64,000 nt of DNA from Candidatus Chisholmbacteria bacterium (GTDB lineage: Bacteria > Patescibacteriota > Microgenomatia > UBA1400 > Chisholmbacteraceae). The first letter of the stretch is position 1. Each line of letters starts with the position of its first letter. The notes beneath the pieces were generated by a model, which saw only the letters and a list, made by a program, of their open reading frames with translations, did not search any database and was not told where the DNA came from. The DNA is taken from positions 387,438 through 451,437 of the forward strand of contig CAVPHZ010000001.1 of assembly GCA_963704905.1 (NCBI GenBank), in the 5' to 3' direction. Of the stretch, positions 26,168 to 34,556 are shown piece after piece. The position numbers and the translations under genes were made by a program.

Positions 26168-27997
26168 ATGAAACATATTCGCAACATTGCAGTTATTGCC
26201 CATGTTGATCATGGGAAGACTACACTGATTGATGCATTGCTGAAGCAGACGAATGTTTTTCGTGATAATGAGAAAGAAATGAACCTACAGCAGATCCTTG
26301 ATACCAATGATTTGGAACGAGAACGGGGCATCACTATCCTGGCAAAAAATTGTTCTATAGCTTACCGAGATACGAAAATAAATATCATTGATACTCCAGG
26401 ACATTCTGATTTCTCGGGAGAGGTAGAACGTACTTTGGGGATGGCGGATGGAGCATTGCTGATTATTGATGCTCAAGAAGGACCGATGCCGCAAACACGT
26501 TTTGTTCTCAAAAAGGCTTTAGAGCTCAAGTTAAAAATTATTGTGGTTATCAATAAGATTGATAAGAAAAATGCGGATTTGGTTCTTACAGAGAGGAGAA
26601 TTGATGATTTATTTTTGGAGTTAGCTGTCCGTGAGGACCAACTGCAGTTTCCAAAACTGTTCGCTGTTGCTCGAGAGGGAAAAGTTTTTACCAAACTACC
26701 TAATGATATTAGTTCGATCGGTGATGTACGGCCGTTACTTGATCTCATTTTGGAATTTATCCCAGCACCGAAGCAGGAAGTCGCAGGAGATTCGTTTAAG
26801 CTTAGCGTTGCAAGCTTGGACTATGACGACCATTTGGGAAGAATGAGTATAGGCAAAATTTTCAGCGGTTCAATCGCGGTTGGGGATAAGCTTATTCTTA
26901 CCCGGAAACCACAGAAGAACTATACCGTTGAGTCTCTGTTTGAGTGGCAAGGTTTGAAAAGGCATTCAATCCCTAAAGCAATGGTAGGGGAAGTGGTTGC
27001 CATAGCTGGAGTCAGCGAGGCTCATATCGGCGATACATTGTCTGATCCGACGGATAGTTCAAGTCTTCCGGATATCATTATCAGTGAACCGACACTTCAT
27101 ATTCACATGGCGGCGAATTCGTCTCCGTTTGCTGGTAGGGAGGGAATATACACTACGATTCGCCAAATTGAGGAACGGCTAGACAGAGAACTTGAGAGTA
27201 ACTTGAGTTTGCAGGTAGAAAAAGGTAATGGACAATATAAAATTTCCGGTCGGGGAGAGCTCCATCTTTCTATCCTTCTGGAAAACATGCGCCGGGAAGG
27301 GTATGAAATGGAGGTCAGCAAACCGGAGGTTGTTATTAAAACTGTTGATGGAGTGAAAAATGAGCCTGTCGAAGAAGTATTTGTGGTTGTTCCTCAGGAA
27401 TATCAAGGAATTATCAGTCAGGAATTTGGGAGACGTTACGGAACTCTGGTTACAATGGATACGATTTCTGATACCGAGATTGAATTTATTTACCACATGC
27501 CTTCAAGAGCTGCCCTTGGACTGCGAAGCCAGCTGCTTACTCTCACTAAAGGCACAATTGTTTACAACACCCAAGTGATCGGTTGGGAAAAGATTGGTCA
27601 ACCACTTCCTCGTTTTCGCCGAGGTGTTCTTTTAGCCTCTCAAGCTGGCGATGCCGTTGCTTATGGGATTCATGCTGCTCAAGCGAGGGGAATCACTTTT
27701 GTTGATCCTGGGACCAAAGTTTACGAAGGTATGATTGTTGGGCAAAATGCAAAGGAGGGAGATATGGAAGTCAATATTTGCAGAGGGAAGAAACTCACGA
27801 ATATGCGAAGCAAATCTTCTGATGGGATTATTCAACTTACACCGGCTCTCCATTATAGCTTAGAACAGTCACTCGAATTTTTAGAGGGTGATGAGTTGTT
27901 GGAAATTACACCTCGTTCTTTGCGACTGCGTAAAAAACTGTTAACCGATATTGATCGCCGACGAAAAAATAGAGGTGAAAATCCCCGTAGTGGGTGA
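26168..27997 (+). CDS. typA: Translational GTPase TypA/BipA
   Basis: G1 AHVDHGKTTL, G3 DTPGHSDF, G4 NKID, and EF-G-like domains with the TypA-specific C-terminal domain. Confidence 0.92.
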   Translation: MKHIRNIAVIAHVDHGKTTLIDALLKQTNVFRDNEKEMNLQQILDTNDLERERGITILAKNCSIAYRDTKINIIDTPGHSDFSGEVERTLGMADGALLIIDAQEGPMPQTRFVLKKALELKLKIIVVINKIDKKNADLVLTERRIDDLFLELAVREDQLQFPKLFAVAREGKVFTKLPNDISSIGDVRPLLDLILEFIPAPKQEVAGDSFKLSVASLDYDDHLGRMSIGKIFSGSIAVGDKLILTRKPQKNYTVESLFEWQGLKRHSIPKAMVGEVVAIAGVSEAHIGDTLSDPTDSSSLPDIIISEPTLHIHMAANSSPFAGREGIYTTIRQIEERLDRELESNLSLQVEKGNGQYKISGRGELHLSILLENMRREGYEMEVSKPEVVIKTVDGVKNEPVEEVFVVVPQEYQGIISQEFGRRYGTLVTMDTISDTEIEFIYHMPSRAALGLRSQLLTLTKGTIVYNTQVIGWEKIGQPLPRFRRGVLLASQAGDAVAYGIHAAQARGITFVDPGTKVYEGMIVGQNAKEGDMEVNICRGKKLTNMRSKSSDGIIQLTPALHYSLEQSLEFLEGDELLEITPRSLRLRKKLLTDIDRRRKNRGENPRSG

Positions 27998-28129
27998 ATG
28001 GAGACGAGAAAATATGTTTTTGGAAATATGATATTCTTAACAAGAATTTAACTTCTCACCCATCACGTTATACAAATTATTTAACATTAGTAATTTCTGC
28101 TACACTACTACGAGTCGTATAGGAGGTGA

Positions 28130-28366
28130 TTGATTATGAAGATAATGACGTGTAAACAGCTCGGTGGAGCTTGTGATATGGAATTTCAGGCCGAAACTTT
28201 TGAGGAGATGGGAGAATTGAGCAAAAGACATGCAATGGAGATGTTTAAGAGGGGCGACAAAGCACATATCAAGAAAATGGATGCAATGAGGATGAAAAAG
28301 CCCGGAGAACACAAGAAGTGGTTTGAGAAAAAGCAAAAAGAATTCGATGCTTTACCGAAAGATTAG
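28130..28366 (+). CDS. DUF1059-like small metal-binding protein
   Basis: MKIMTCKQLGGACDMEFQAETFEEM pattern. Confidence 0.5.
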   Translation: MIMKIMTCKQLGGACDMEFQAETFEEMGELSKRHAMEMFKRGDKAHIKKMDAMRMKKPGEHKKWFEKKQKEFDALPKD

Positions 28367-28381
28367 TCATTCTTGAGTATA

Positions 28382-28792
28382 TTACTTATTTTTAACAGAT
28401 AAGCTTAAGACCAACTGGCCTGCTAATTCCGAAACTACCCATTCCTCAACAATCTTTTCACCTTTAAAACGAGTAACTACCATGTCTCTCCATGTTATCT
28501 TTTTCTTACTTGGGGGAATACCCATCATGGTTGCTTTGTGTGTACCGCTTAATGTTCGTTGCCAAGTGATAGTTTGACCTTCTTGGGCTAGAAACTCAGC
28601 TTTTAGGACCTTGATGTCAGGAATCGCGGAGCGAAGTTGATTAGCCCATCGCTTTATAAATTTATGTCCTCTGTAATCCTTGTCTCCTGCATGGGCAACA
28701 TATTCGGTCGAAAACAAATCATCTATCGTAGCTAGGTTTCCTTGTCCAATAAGTTTCTCATTAACAAATTTGATGATTTCCTCTTTGTTCAT
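28382..28792 (-). CDS. SnoaL-like / predicted ester cyclase family protein
   Basis: ~135 aa with LFSTEYVAHAG...DIKVLKAEFLAQEGQTITWQRTLSGTHKATMMGIPPSKKKITWRDMVVTRFKGEKIVEEW, typical of the SnoaL_2/ester cyclase fold. Confidence 0.55.
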   Translation of the reverse strand: MNKEEIIKFVNEKLIGQGNLATIDDLFSTEYVAHAGDKDYRGHKFIKRWANQLRSAIPDIKVLKAEFLAQEGQTITWQRTLSGTHKATMMGIPPSKKKITWRDMVVTRFKGEKIVEEWVVSELAGQLVLSLSVKNK

Positions 28793-28818
28793 GGATTTAT
28801 TTTACCGTTCTTTTGGCT

Positions 28819-29121
28819 TCAGTTTCTTTTTTTGTTTTGGCCTGCCTGCCGGTGAGGCAGGGTTTTATATTTGCGTAAACGGAACAGCCCTTTTTTCTGT
28901 TTGTACACTTTGTCAGGAAATTTTTCGACAAGTTTCCAGACGCATCCGTTGACCGTTTTTGGGTGAAAGCTGGGATTAGATTCCTTAATTTTTGAAAGCA
29001 ACTCTGACCAACGAAGACCTCCTGGATGTTTCTTTAACAACTCAAGTGCCTTTGCGTTTACACGACCCGTAATTGTATCGAGATTGATTCTACTATCGTT
29101 CACGTCCTCATCATACAACAA
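28819..29121 (-). CDS. Hypothetical small protein, possible winged-helix (Mrr_N-like)
   Basis: 100 aa basic protein. No confident motif. Confidence 0.3.
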   Translation of the reverse strand: MLYDEDVNDSRINLDTITGRVNAKALELLKKHPGGLRWSELLSKIKESNPSFHPKTVNGCVWKLVEKFPDKVYKQKKGLFRLRKYKTLPHRQAGQNKKRN

Positions 29122-29233
29122 ACAAAAACACTACCTTCCGATAGTGCCTATACTTGGCTCGGAATAATAAACTATATAGCAGACTACTATACTCACCAAA
29201 ACAGTTTAATGCTATTTAACCAGAGACCTCTTT

Positions 29234-29605
29234 TTAACCTTTAGCTAAATTCTCTTTCAGCCTAAATATAACAATCTTTTTTATTAACTCATAAGGTATT
29301 GGTTTGTCCAATGGAAATTGCACAGAACCCTTAGCTTGCTTGTATTCCATAAGCTCATCTTTGAAAGCTGCAATTCCTGAGGGAGTTGGATAAAATCCTA
29401 TATGTTTTTTGAAAGCTGCAAAGTGAACCAAGTTACCATTCAGTTTATATGTCGGTATGCCATAGTTTATTACCTCATCTGCGTTTGGAGCAGTTTGCTT
29501 AATCAAATTTCGAAGCCTTTCCAGCTTCTTTCTAACTTCCTTTGGAAACCCAGCGATGTGTTCATCAACGGTTTTACTTCCGTTCGCCATCGTATGCTTT
29601 CTCAA
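29234..29605 (-). CDS. DUF1801 (YdhG-like) domain protein
   Basis: VDEHIAGFPKEVRKKLERLRNLIKQTAPNADEVINYGIPTYKLNGNLVHFAAFKKHIGFYP. The true start may be the internal MANGSK codon. Confidence 0.65.
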   Translation of the reverse strand: MRKHTMANGSKTVDEHIAGFPKEVRKKLERLRNLIKQTAPNADEVINYGIPTYKLNGNLVHFAAFKKHIGFYPTPSGIAAFKDELMEYKQAKGSVQFPLDKPIPYELIKKIVIFRLKENLAKG

Positions 29606-30506
29606 ACTCAGAGATGTTTAGCCTCTTCATCTTCAACAACGCTTTTGTGACTCGTGCTTTTTGATCCTCAGTCCCATGACTCATCATTTCATCAAGTTGG
29701 GTTGGGATTATTTGCCAAGATACCCCAAACTTGTCCTTTAACCAGCCACATTGCTCTGACTTTGGATCTGCAGATAATTTTTCCCAATAGTAGTCTATTT
29801 CTTTTTGGTTTTTGCAGTACACCATCATTGAAACCGCTTCATTGAAATCAAAGTCGTGACGAAGTCCTGAATCCATGGCGACAAGCCAGGTGCCTGCTAA
29901 CTTGAAGTCTGAGAACATGACCGTACCTTCTCTATTGGGTTTTTGATTTTTTCCGTAGTGCACTAGTGTTCCTTCTTTCGTGTGTTTACCTCCAGAAGGG
30001 GAGCCTGCAAAGACTGAGAGATAGAACTCTCTTGCTGCTTCGGCATTTCCGCATTTGTCATTTACAAATAATAGACTTGGCATAACAAGTGGTCTGTCTT
30101 CACCTTCTGGGTCTGTGAGAATCAGTTGCCAGGAAAATCCATATTTGTCTTCAACCCAACCGTATCTTTTGCTAAATGGATACTTATCAAGAGGCATGAG
30201 TGCTTTTCCGTCTTTGATAAGCTTTTCCCATGTTTCATCCAACTTTTCTCTTGCATCGTCCAACGTTGATGGGTCGAAGTTGATCATGAAGGAAATTGAA
30301 GGGTTGGGTTTGAAGAGTGGACCTGCTGAGATGGACATAAATTTGAATCCCAATATTTCAAATGAAACAATATCTGCATCGCCTGAGGGCGTGTCGTGCA
30401 GTGTTGATGTGTCTATTAATTTGGCGCTTGGGAATACTGATACATAAAACTCAGACGCTTTTTTTGCATCTTTGTCAAACCAAAGGTGGGGGACGATTTT
30501 TTGCAT
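29574..30506 (-). CDS. Tandem VOC-family (PhnB/3-demethylubiquinone-9 3-methyltransferase-like) domain protein
   Basis: Two repeats of the PhnB-like pattern (VPHLWFDKDAKKASEFYVSVF...; PLVMPSLLFVNDKCGNAEAAREFYLSVF...). Confidence 0.6.
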   Translation of the reverse strand: MQKIVPHLWFDKDAKKASEFYVSVFPSAKLIDTSTLHDTPSGDADIVSFEILGFKFMSISAGPLFKPNPSISFMINFDPSTLDDAREKLDETWEKLIKDGKALMPLDKYPFSKRYGWVEDKYGFSWQLILTDPEGEDRPLVMPSLLFVNDKCGNAEAAREFYLSVFAGSPSGGKHTKEGTLVHYGKNQKPNREGTVMFSDFKLAGTWLVAMDSGLRHDFDFNEAVSMMVYCKNQKEIDYYWEKLSADPKSEQCGWLKDKFGVSWQIIPTQLDEMMSHGTEDQKARVTKALLKMKRLNISEFEKAYDGERK

Positions 30507-30507
30507 G

Positions 30508-30918
30508 TTAGTTTTTTTCTACATATTGCTTAAAATTGTTCAGAATTGCTTCCCAGCCGGAGCGTTGTTTTTCTAAAGAATTTTCAGTTTCCGGGTCAAA
30601 TGTTTCGGATACCTTTACACCTTGAGGTGTTGCCTCAAACTTAACCCGTACATGACGGCCATCGTCTATGTCATATTCAATTAGCTGTTTTTCCTTTACC
30701 GCAGTGTATGTTCCGGTAAAATCAAAACCCGCACTTTTGTCTTTGGCAGACATTGTCGTTTTAAATTTCCCTCCAACTTTTAAGTCATTCTCCGCAAAAG
30801 GGGCTTCCCACTCATCAGAGGCAAATGCCCAACCTGTAATATGCTCTGGTTTATTCCAGCATTCCCAAACTTTTCTTACAGAAGCATTAACGATAGTTTC
30901 TACTGTAATTTTCTCCAT
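30508..30918 (-). CDS. SRPBCC / AHSA1 (activator of Hsp90 ATPase homologue) domain protein
   Basis: ITVETIVNASVRKVWECWNKPEHITGWAF...FDFTGTYTAVKEKQLIEYD. Start placed at the internal MEKITVE codon. Confidence 0.65.
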   Translation of the reverse strand: MEKITVETIVNASVRKVWECWNKPEHITGWAFASDEWEAPFAENDLKVGGKFKTTMSAKDKSAGFDFTGTYTAVKEKQLIEYDIDDGRHVRVKFEATPQGVKVSETFDPETENSLEKQRSGWEAILNNFKQYVEKN

Positions 30919-30919
30919 A

Positions 30920-31378
30920 TTATTCTTTGTTACTGCAGTTAAACATCCACTGGACACCGAACCTGTCGGTGCATGAACCAAAATAGTCGCCCCAGAACAT
31001 CTCTTGAAGCTTCATCTCTACTTTTCCGCCCTTTGAAAGAGCTTTGAATAGCCTGTCTGTTTCTTCTCGAGTATCTGGCTCAAGATTTATATACATATTG
31101 TTACCAAAAGTTAATTTCATGCCCAATGATTCAGGAGCATCTGTTCCCATTAACATGTGTCCGCCGAGAATAGGAAGCGCAACATGCATGACTAAGTTCT
31201 TATCTGCTTCTGCTAGCGGTGGTTGTCCATCTTGAGCCGGTACTTCACCCATACGATTAATGTCACCAATAAATTCACCACCAAAGACGGATTTGTAAAA
31301 GTTAAAAGCTTCCTCTGTGTTTCTGTTGAAGTTTAGATACGTGCTTGTTTTTGCCACGATTTGGTGATTGTACAGCAA
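30920..31378 (-). CDS. VOC family (glyoxalase/PhnB-like) protein
   Basis: EAFNFYKSVFGGEF...HVALPILGGHMLMGTDAPE...KGGKVEMKLQEMFWGDYFGSCTDRFGVQWM. Confidence 0.65.
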   Translation of the reverse strand: MLYNHQIVAKTSTYLNFNRNTEEAFNFYKSVFGGEFIGDINRMGEVPAQDGQPPLAEADKNLVMHVALPILGGHMLMGTDAPESLGMKLTFGNNMYINLEPDTREETDRLFKALSKGGKVEMKLQEMFWGDYFGSCTDRFGVQWMFNCSNKE

Positions 31379-31492
31379 TGCAATATGAATAGATATGAAT
31401 TGAATTTTATTAAATACCCCTGAGGTGTTTTTCTCAGAACACTTGGAGAGTTTTAATGGAGAAAATTGATCGAAATTAGATTAAGACAAAAT

Positions 31493-31567
31493 TGGCTCCC
31501 CGGGTAGGATTCGAACCTACAACCTTGAAGTTAACAGCTTCCTGCTCTACCATTGAGCTACCGGGGA
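31493..31567 (-). tRNA. tRNA-Asn (anticodon GTT), CCA encoded
   Basis: Reverse complement TCCCCGGTAGCTCAATGGTAGAGCAGGAAGCTGTTAACTTCAAGGTTGTAGGTTCGAATCCTACCCGGGGAGCCA folds as a cloverleaf with anticodon loop CTGTTAA. Confidence 0.8.
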
Positions 31568-31622
31568 TCAGTTGCTTAATTATACCCTGACAGACTTCGA
31601 GATTATACAAAACTCACTTTTA

Positions 31623-32408
31623 CTACGCAATTTCTCCCAGCTTGATTGGAGTTCCAATTTTTGGTTTATCAAAAAGTTGAGCGGCTGAGCCACCGCGGAG
31701 GATGAGTTCCATAAACCGATCTTCGTGGCCGGATGATCCGGGAGAAAATGAGAGTTCACCTTCTGCGACTGAGAAGATGCCTCCGACAACTAATGCAGTT
31801 CTGGTTACTTTATTAATCTGGATTTTAATTTTTGTTCCTGGTTCGAGTTTGGTGGTGCTGGCTCGGATTGTGGTTTTTATGTTGCCATAGCCATCGATCC
31901 ATACAATTTGGTATTCAGGAATAGCTGGAATACGATTGGGATTGATATTAGTGCCAAGGACCATTTTTCCGTTTACATGATTAGCCACTCCTTTGGGATA
32001 AAAGTCACGGGAGCGAAATTGTGATCCCTTGTTCGCAACGTTTACTGTTTTAAGTTCTTTTATGTATGGCTTAATAAAGGAAAAGCAGTATCCGGAGTTT
32101 ACGGCCATGATTTCTATACCATTTTCAAGCTTGGCATAGAGAAAACCTTCTCCCTCGTTATCTTTTCGAGCCTGTTTTTTGTCTTTTCGAGGAGCGGTGT
32201 TTGAGTAGATGAACATGCCTTTAGGGTGGTCTCCCAGTGCATATTGGTAGATCCAAAACCCAGTGGCTAAGGTGTCAAAAGCTGGTACTGAGGTGGGAAA
32301 GACTGTTGCACTGGGAAGCAGGGCGGTTAGTCGCTGAATGACTTCGCCGAACGCCGGATCGCCAAGTCCATAGTCGGCAATTAAATGAATGAACTGTCTG
32401 TTGGTCAT
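31623..32408 (-). CDS. SAM hydroxide adenosyltransferase-like protein (DUF62 / fluorinase-chlorinase superfamily)
   Basis: N-terminal IHLIADYGLGDPAFGEVIQRL matches the DUF62 LxTDFGxxDxYVG-type start. Length ~260 aa with a two-domain pattern. Confidence 0.55.
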   Translation of the reverse strand: MTNRQFIHLIADYGLGDPAFGEVIQRLTALLPSATVFPTSVPAFDTLATGFWIYQYALGDHPKGMFIYSNTAPRKDKKQARKDNEGEGFLYAKLENGIEIMAVNSGYCFSFIKPYIKELKTVNVANKGSQFRSRDFYPKGVANHVNGKMVLGTNINPNRIPAIPEYQIVWIDGYGNIKTTIRASTTKLEPGTKIKIQINKVTRTALVVGGIFSVAEGELSFSPGSSGHEDRFMELILRGGSAAQLFDKPKIGTPIKLGEIA

Positions 32409-32490
32409 GAGGTGTATTGTAGCAGAAGAAAAGATCTTTTATGACTCTTGACAAAACCTCATTATGAATATATATTCATTATGAAGGGAG

Positions 32491-32760
32491 GTGGTTGTTA
32501 TGCCAGCATATGACGGAACAGGACCCTTGGGAAGTGGTCCGGGTGCAGGTTTGGGTTTGTGTGGATTTTCGGGTTATGGAGGTCGGAGATTTGGTGGGAG
32601 TGGGTTTGGTTGCCGATATGGTCTTTCTGCTTCGCGTTTACCCAGCCGTAAGGAAATGGTCCTGAAGCTTGCGGACTACAAACAATGGCTTCAGGAGGAA
32701 CTGCACGCGGTAGAGCGGGAAGAGAAAGACTTGGATTCCAAAACACAGCCGAAACCGTAG
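32491..32760 (+). CDS. DUF5320-like small protein (Gly-rich N-terminus, C-terminal coiled coil)
   Basis: MPAYDGTGPLGSGPGAGLGLCGFSGYGGRRFGGSGFGCRYG followed by KLADYKQWLQEELHAVEREEKDL. Confidence 0.5.
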   Translation: MVVMPAYDGTGPLGSGPGAGLGLCGFSGYGGRRFGGSGFGCRYGLSASRLPSRKEMVLKLADYKQWLQEELHAVEREEKDLDSKTQPKP

Positions 32761-32832
32761 ACAGTTCAGGCGTTACCATGATCTGCTGAGGTTTCGGCGG
32801 AATCGATTGTATCACAGCTTTTTGAGGAGATT

Positions 32833-33114
32833 ATGCCAAGGCCAAGAATTCAACGTCGCTTGCGTTTTCAGCCCGAGGTTATCTATTATAAACCCAGGGG
32901 AGTACCCCTTCGGGTACTGGAGGAAGTTTTGCTTCGGCGAGATGAGGTTGAAGCGCTCAAGCTTCATGATGTGGACGGGCTTAATCAGGGGGAGGCTGCC
33001 AAGAAGTTGGGAATTTCGCAGCCCACGTTTGCCCGGACGCTTGATGGGGTGTATAAAAAAGTAGCTCTGGCTCTTATTCGGGGGAGGGCGATACGGATTG
33101 AGCGAGAGGTTTGA
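32833..33114 (+). CDS. DUF134 (UPF0251) predicted DNA-binding protein, sigma-70 region-4-like HTH
   Basis: MPRPRIQRRLRFQPEVIYYKPRGVPLRVLEEVLLRRDEVEALKLHDVDGLNQGEAAKKLGISQPTFARTL. Confidence 0.65.
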   Translation: MPRPRIQRRLRFQPEVIYYKPRGVPLRVLEEVLLRRDEVEALKLHDVDGLNQGEAAKKLGISQPTFARTLDGVYKKVALALIRGRAIRIEREV

Positions 33115-33171
33115 TTTCGTAGAGTTTTTGTCGTTGATGTAATAGGAATAGTCTCTTACCTTTTAAATACT

Positions 33172-34311
33172 ATGTCTGCAAGAAGACTGGTTTTTTTTAT
33201 TTTCATCCTTATTTATTTTATAGGCGTCGTTTCCCGTCCACTTTTTGCTGCTTCTGACAACAAAATTTATGTGTTTTATGGAAAAGGGTGTCCGCACTGC
33301 ACCGCTGTTTTAACGTATCTTGAAGAGCATGATCTAATTGATCGCTACAACGTTGAGGTTCGGGAAATCTATTTTAATAGGGAGAACGCGCTTCTTTACA
33401 ACAGGTTGTTGGACGACCTTGGTGTTCCCAAAGATGGACGTGGTGTTCCAACGTTGGTCGCTGGTGATGCGGTGATTGTTGGTGACCAGCCGATTATTGA
33501 TCGCTTAGAAGAGGTTGCGGATGCGTTTGTTGGTCAGAGCGGGGAGCAAGCGGGTGAGGCTGAAATAGATCAGGACCGAATTGCAGAGAGCACAGTTAAC
33601 GCAGAAGAGCATTTTGATGATGAGGGTTCGCAAGGGTTGGATTTAACTATTGCAGCAGTGGTTGCCGGAAGTTTGGTGGACGCAATAAACCCTTGTGCCT
33701 TTGCGGTGCTTATCATTCTTATGACAACGATTTTGGTGGGTGGCAGTCCGCGAAAGGCTCTTAGAGCCGGACTTGCGTTTTCCTCCTCGGTTTTTCTCTC
33801 GTATTTTCTCATGGGGTTGGGTTTATACAGCGCGCTGAGTGTCGGAGGTTTCGGAGCGGTGCTGTTCCGGATTGTCGGGTGGCTGGCAGTTCTTTTGGGA
33901 CTTTTCAATTTAAAGGACTATTTCTGGTACGGGAAAGGATTTCTCATGGAAGTGCCTCTATCTTGGAGGCCGAGATTGAAAGGCCTTTTGCAATCGGTGA
34001 GTAGCCCGGTCGGAGCATTTGGGATTGGATTTCTGGTGAGTCTGTTTCTTCTTCCGTGTACAAGCGGTCCGTATATTGTCATACTAGGGATGCTTGCAAA
34101 GCAATCTTTACAAGCGCAAGGGATTTTATATTTGATTTTGTATAATCTCATTTTCGTTTCCCCGATGATTCTTATTTCCTATCTTGTGTATCGTGGATTT
34201 GACCCAAAGAAAGCTGAGGCTATGCGCCAGAAGCAGTTACGGACACTCCATTTAATTGCCGGGATTCTTCTTTTGGGTATGGGATTGGTTATTCTTCAGG
34301 GTTGGGTATAG
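33172..34311 (+). CDS. Glutaredoxin/thioredoxin-like domain fused to a CcdA/DsbD-type transmembrane thiol-disulfide transporter
   Basis: Signal/TM anchor, Trx fold with YVFYGKGCPHCTAV, acidic linker, then a DsbD_TM domain with conserved Cys (DAINPCAFAVL and LLPCTSGPY). Confidence 0.7.
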   Translation: MSARRLVFFIFILIYFIGVVSRPLFAASDNKIYVFYGKGCPHCTAVLTYLEEHDLIDRYNVEVREIYFNRENALLYNRLLDDLGVPKDGRGVPTLVAGDAVIVGDQPIIDRLEEVADAFVGQSGEQAGEAEIDQDRIAESTVNAEEHFDDEGSQGLDLTIAAVVAGSLVDAINPCAFAVLIILMTTILVGGSPRKALRAGLAFSSSVFLSYFLMGLGLYSALSVGGFGAVLFRIVGWLAVLLGLFNLKDYFWYGKGFLMEVPLSWRPRLKGLLQSVSSPVGAFGIGFLVSLFLLPCTSGPYIVILGMLAKQSLQAQGILYLILYNLIFVSPMILISYLVYRGFDPKKAEAMRQKQLRTLHLIAGILLLGMGLVILQGWV

Positions 34312-34326
34312 CTTCTCTGGTAGAAT

Positions 34327-34555
34327 GTGTTTGTCTATGGGAGGTAATCGAGAGCGGGAGCCAGGAATTTTAATTGGCAGGAAGCGCTATGAGGCTGGGG
34401 CGGCTGTCTTTGTTCTTCAGCACACTCAATGTCTCGGTACTAGAGGAACGATTATTGATACCAGCACGCCCGATGGTTCTGCTCAAGTAGAGTGTAATAC
34501 TTGCGGGCGAGATGACGTGTTTATTGATATAAAAACGACAGCGGAGCAAGGTTAG
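34327..34555 (+). CDS. Small hypothetical Cys-motif protein (possible zinc ribbon)
   Basis: 77 aa from an internal ATG. Motifs HTQC...ECNTCGRD. Coding status uncertain. Confidence 0.3.
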
Positions 34556-34556
34556 T

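Noticed and set aside
34256-34326. Longer start (34256) for the small Cys-motif ORF
   Set aside because: It overlaps the end of the Grx-CcdA gene. Only the portion from the ATG at 34327 is free-standing. Even that ORF remains low-confidence.
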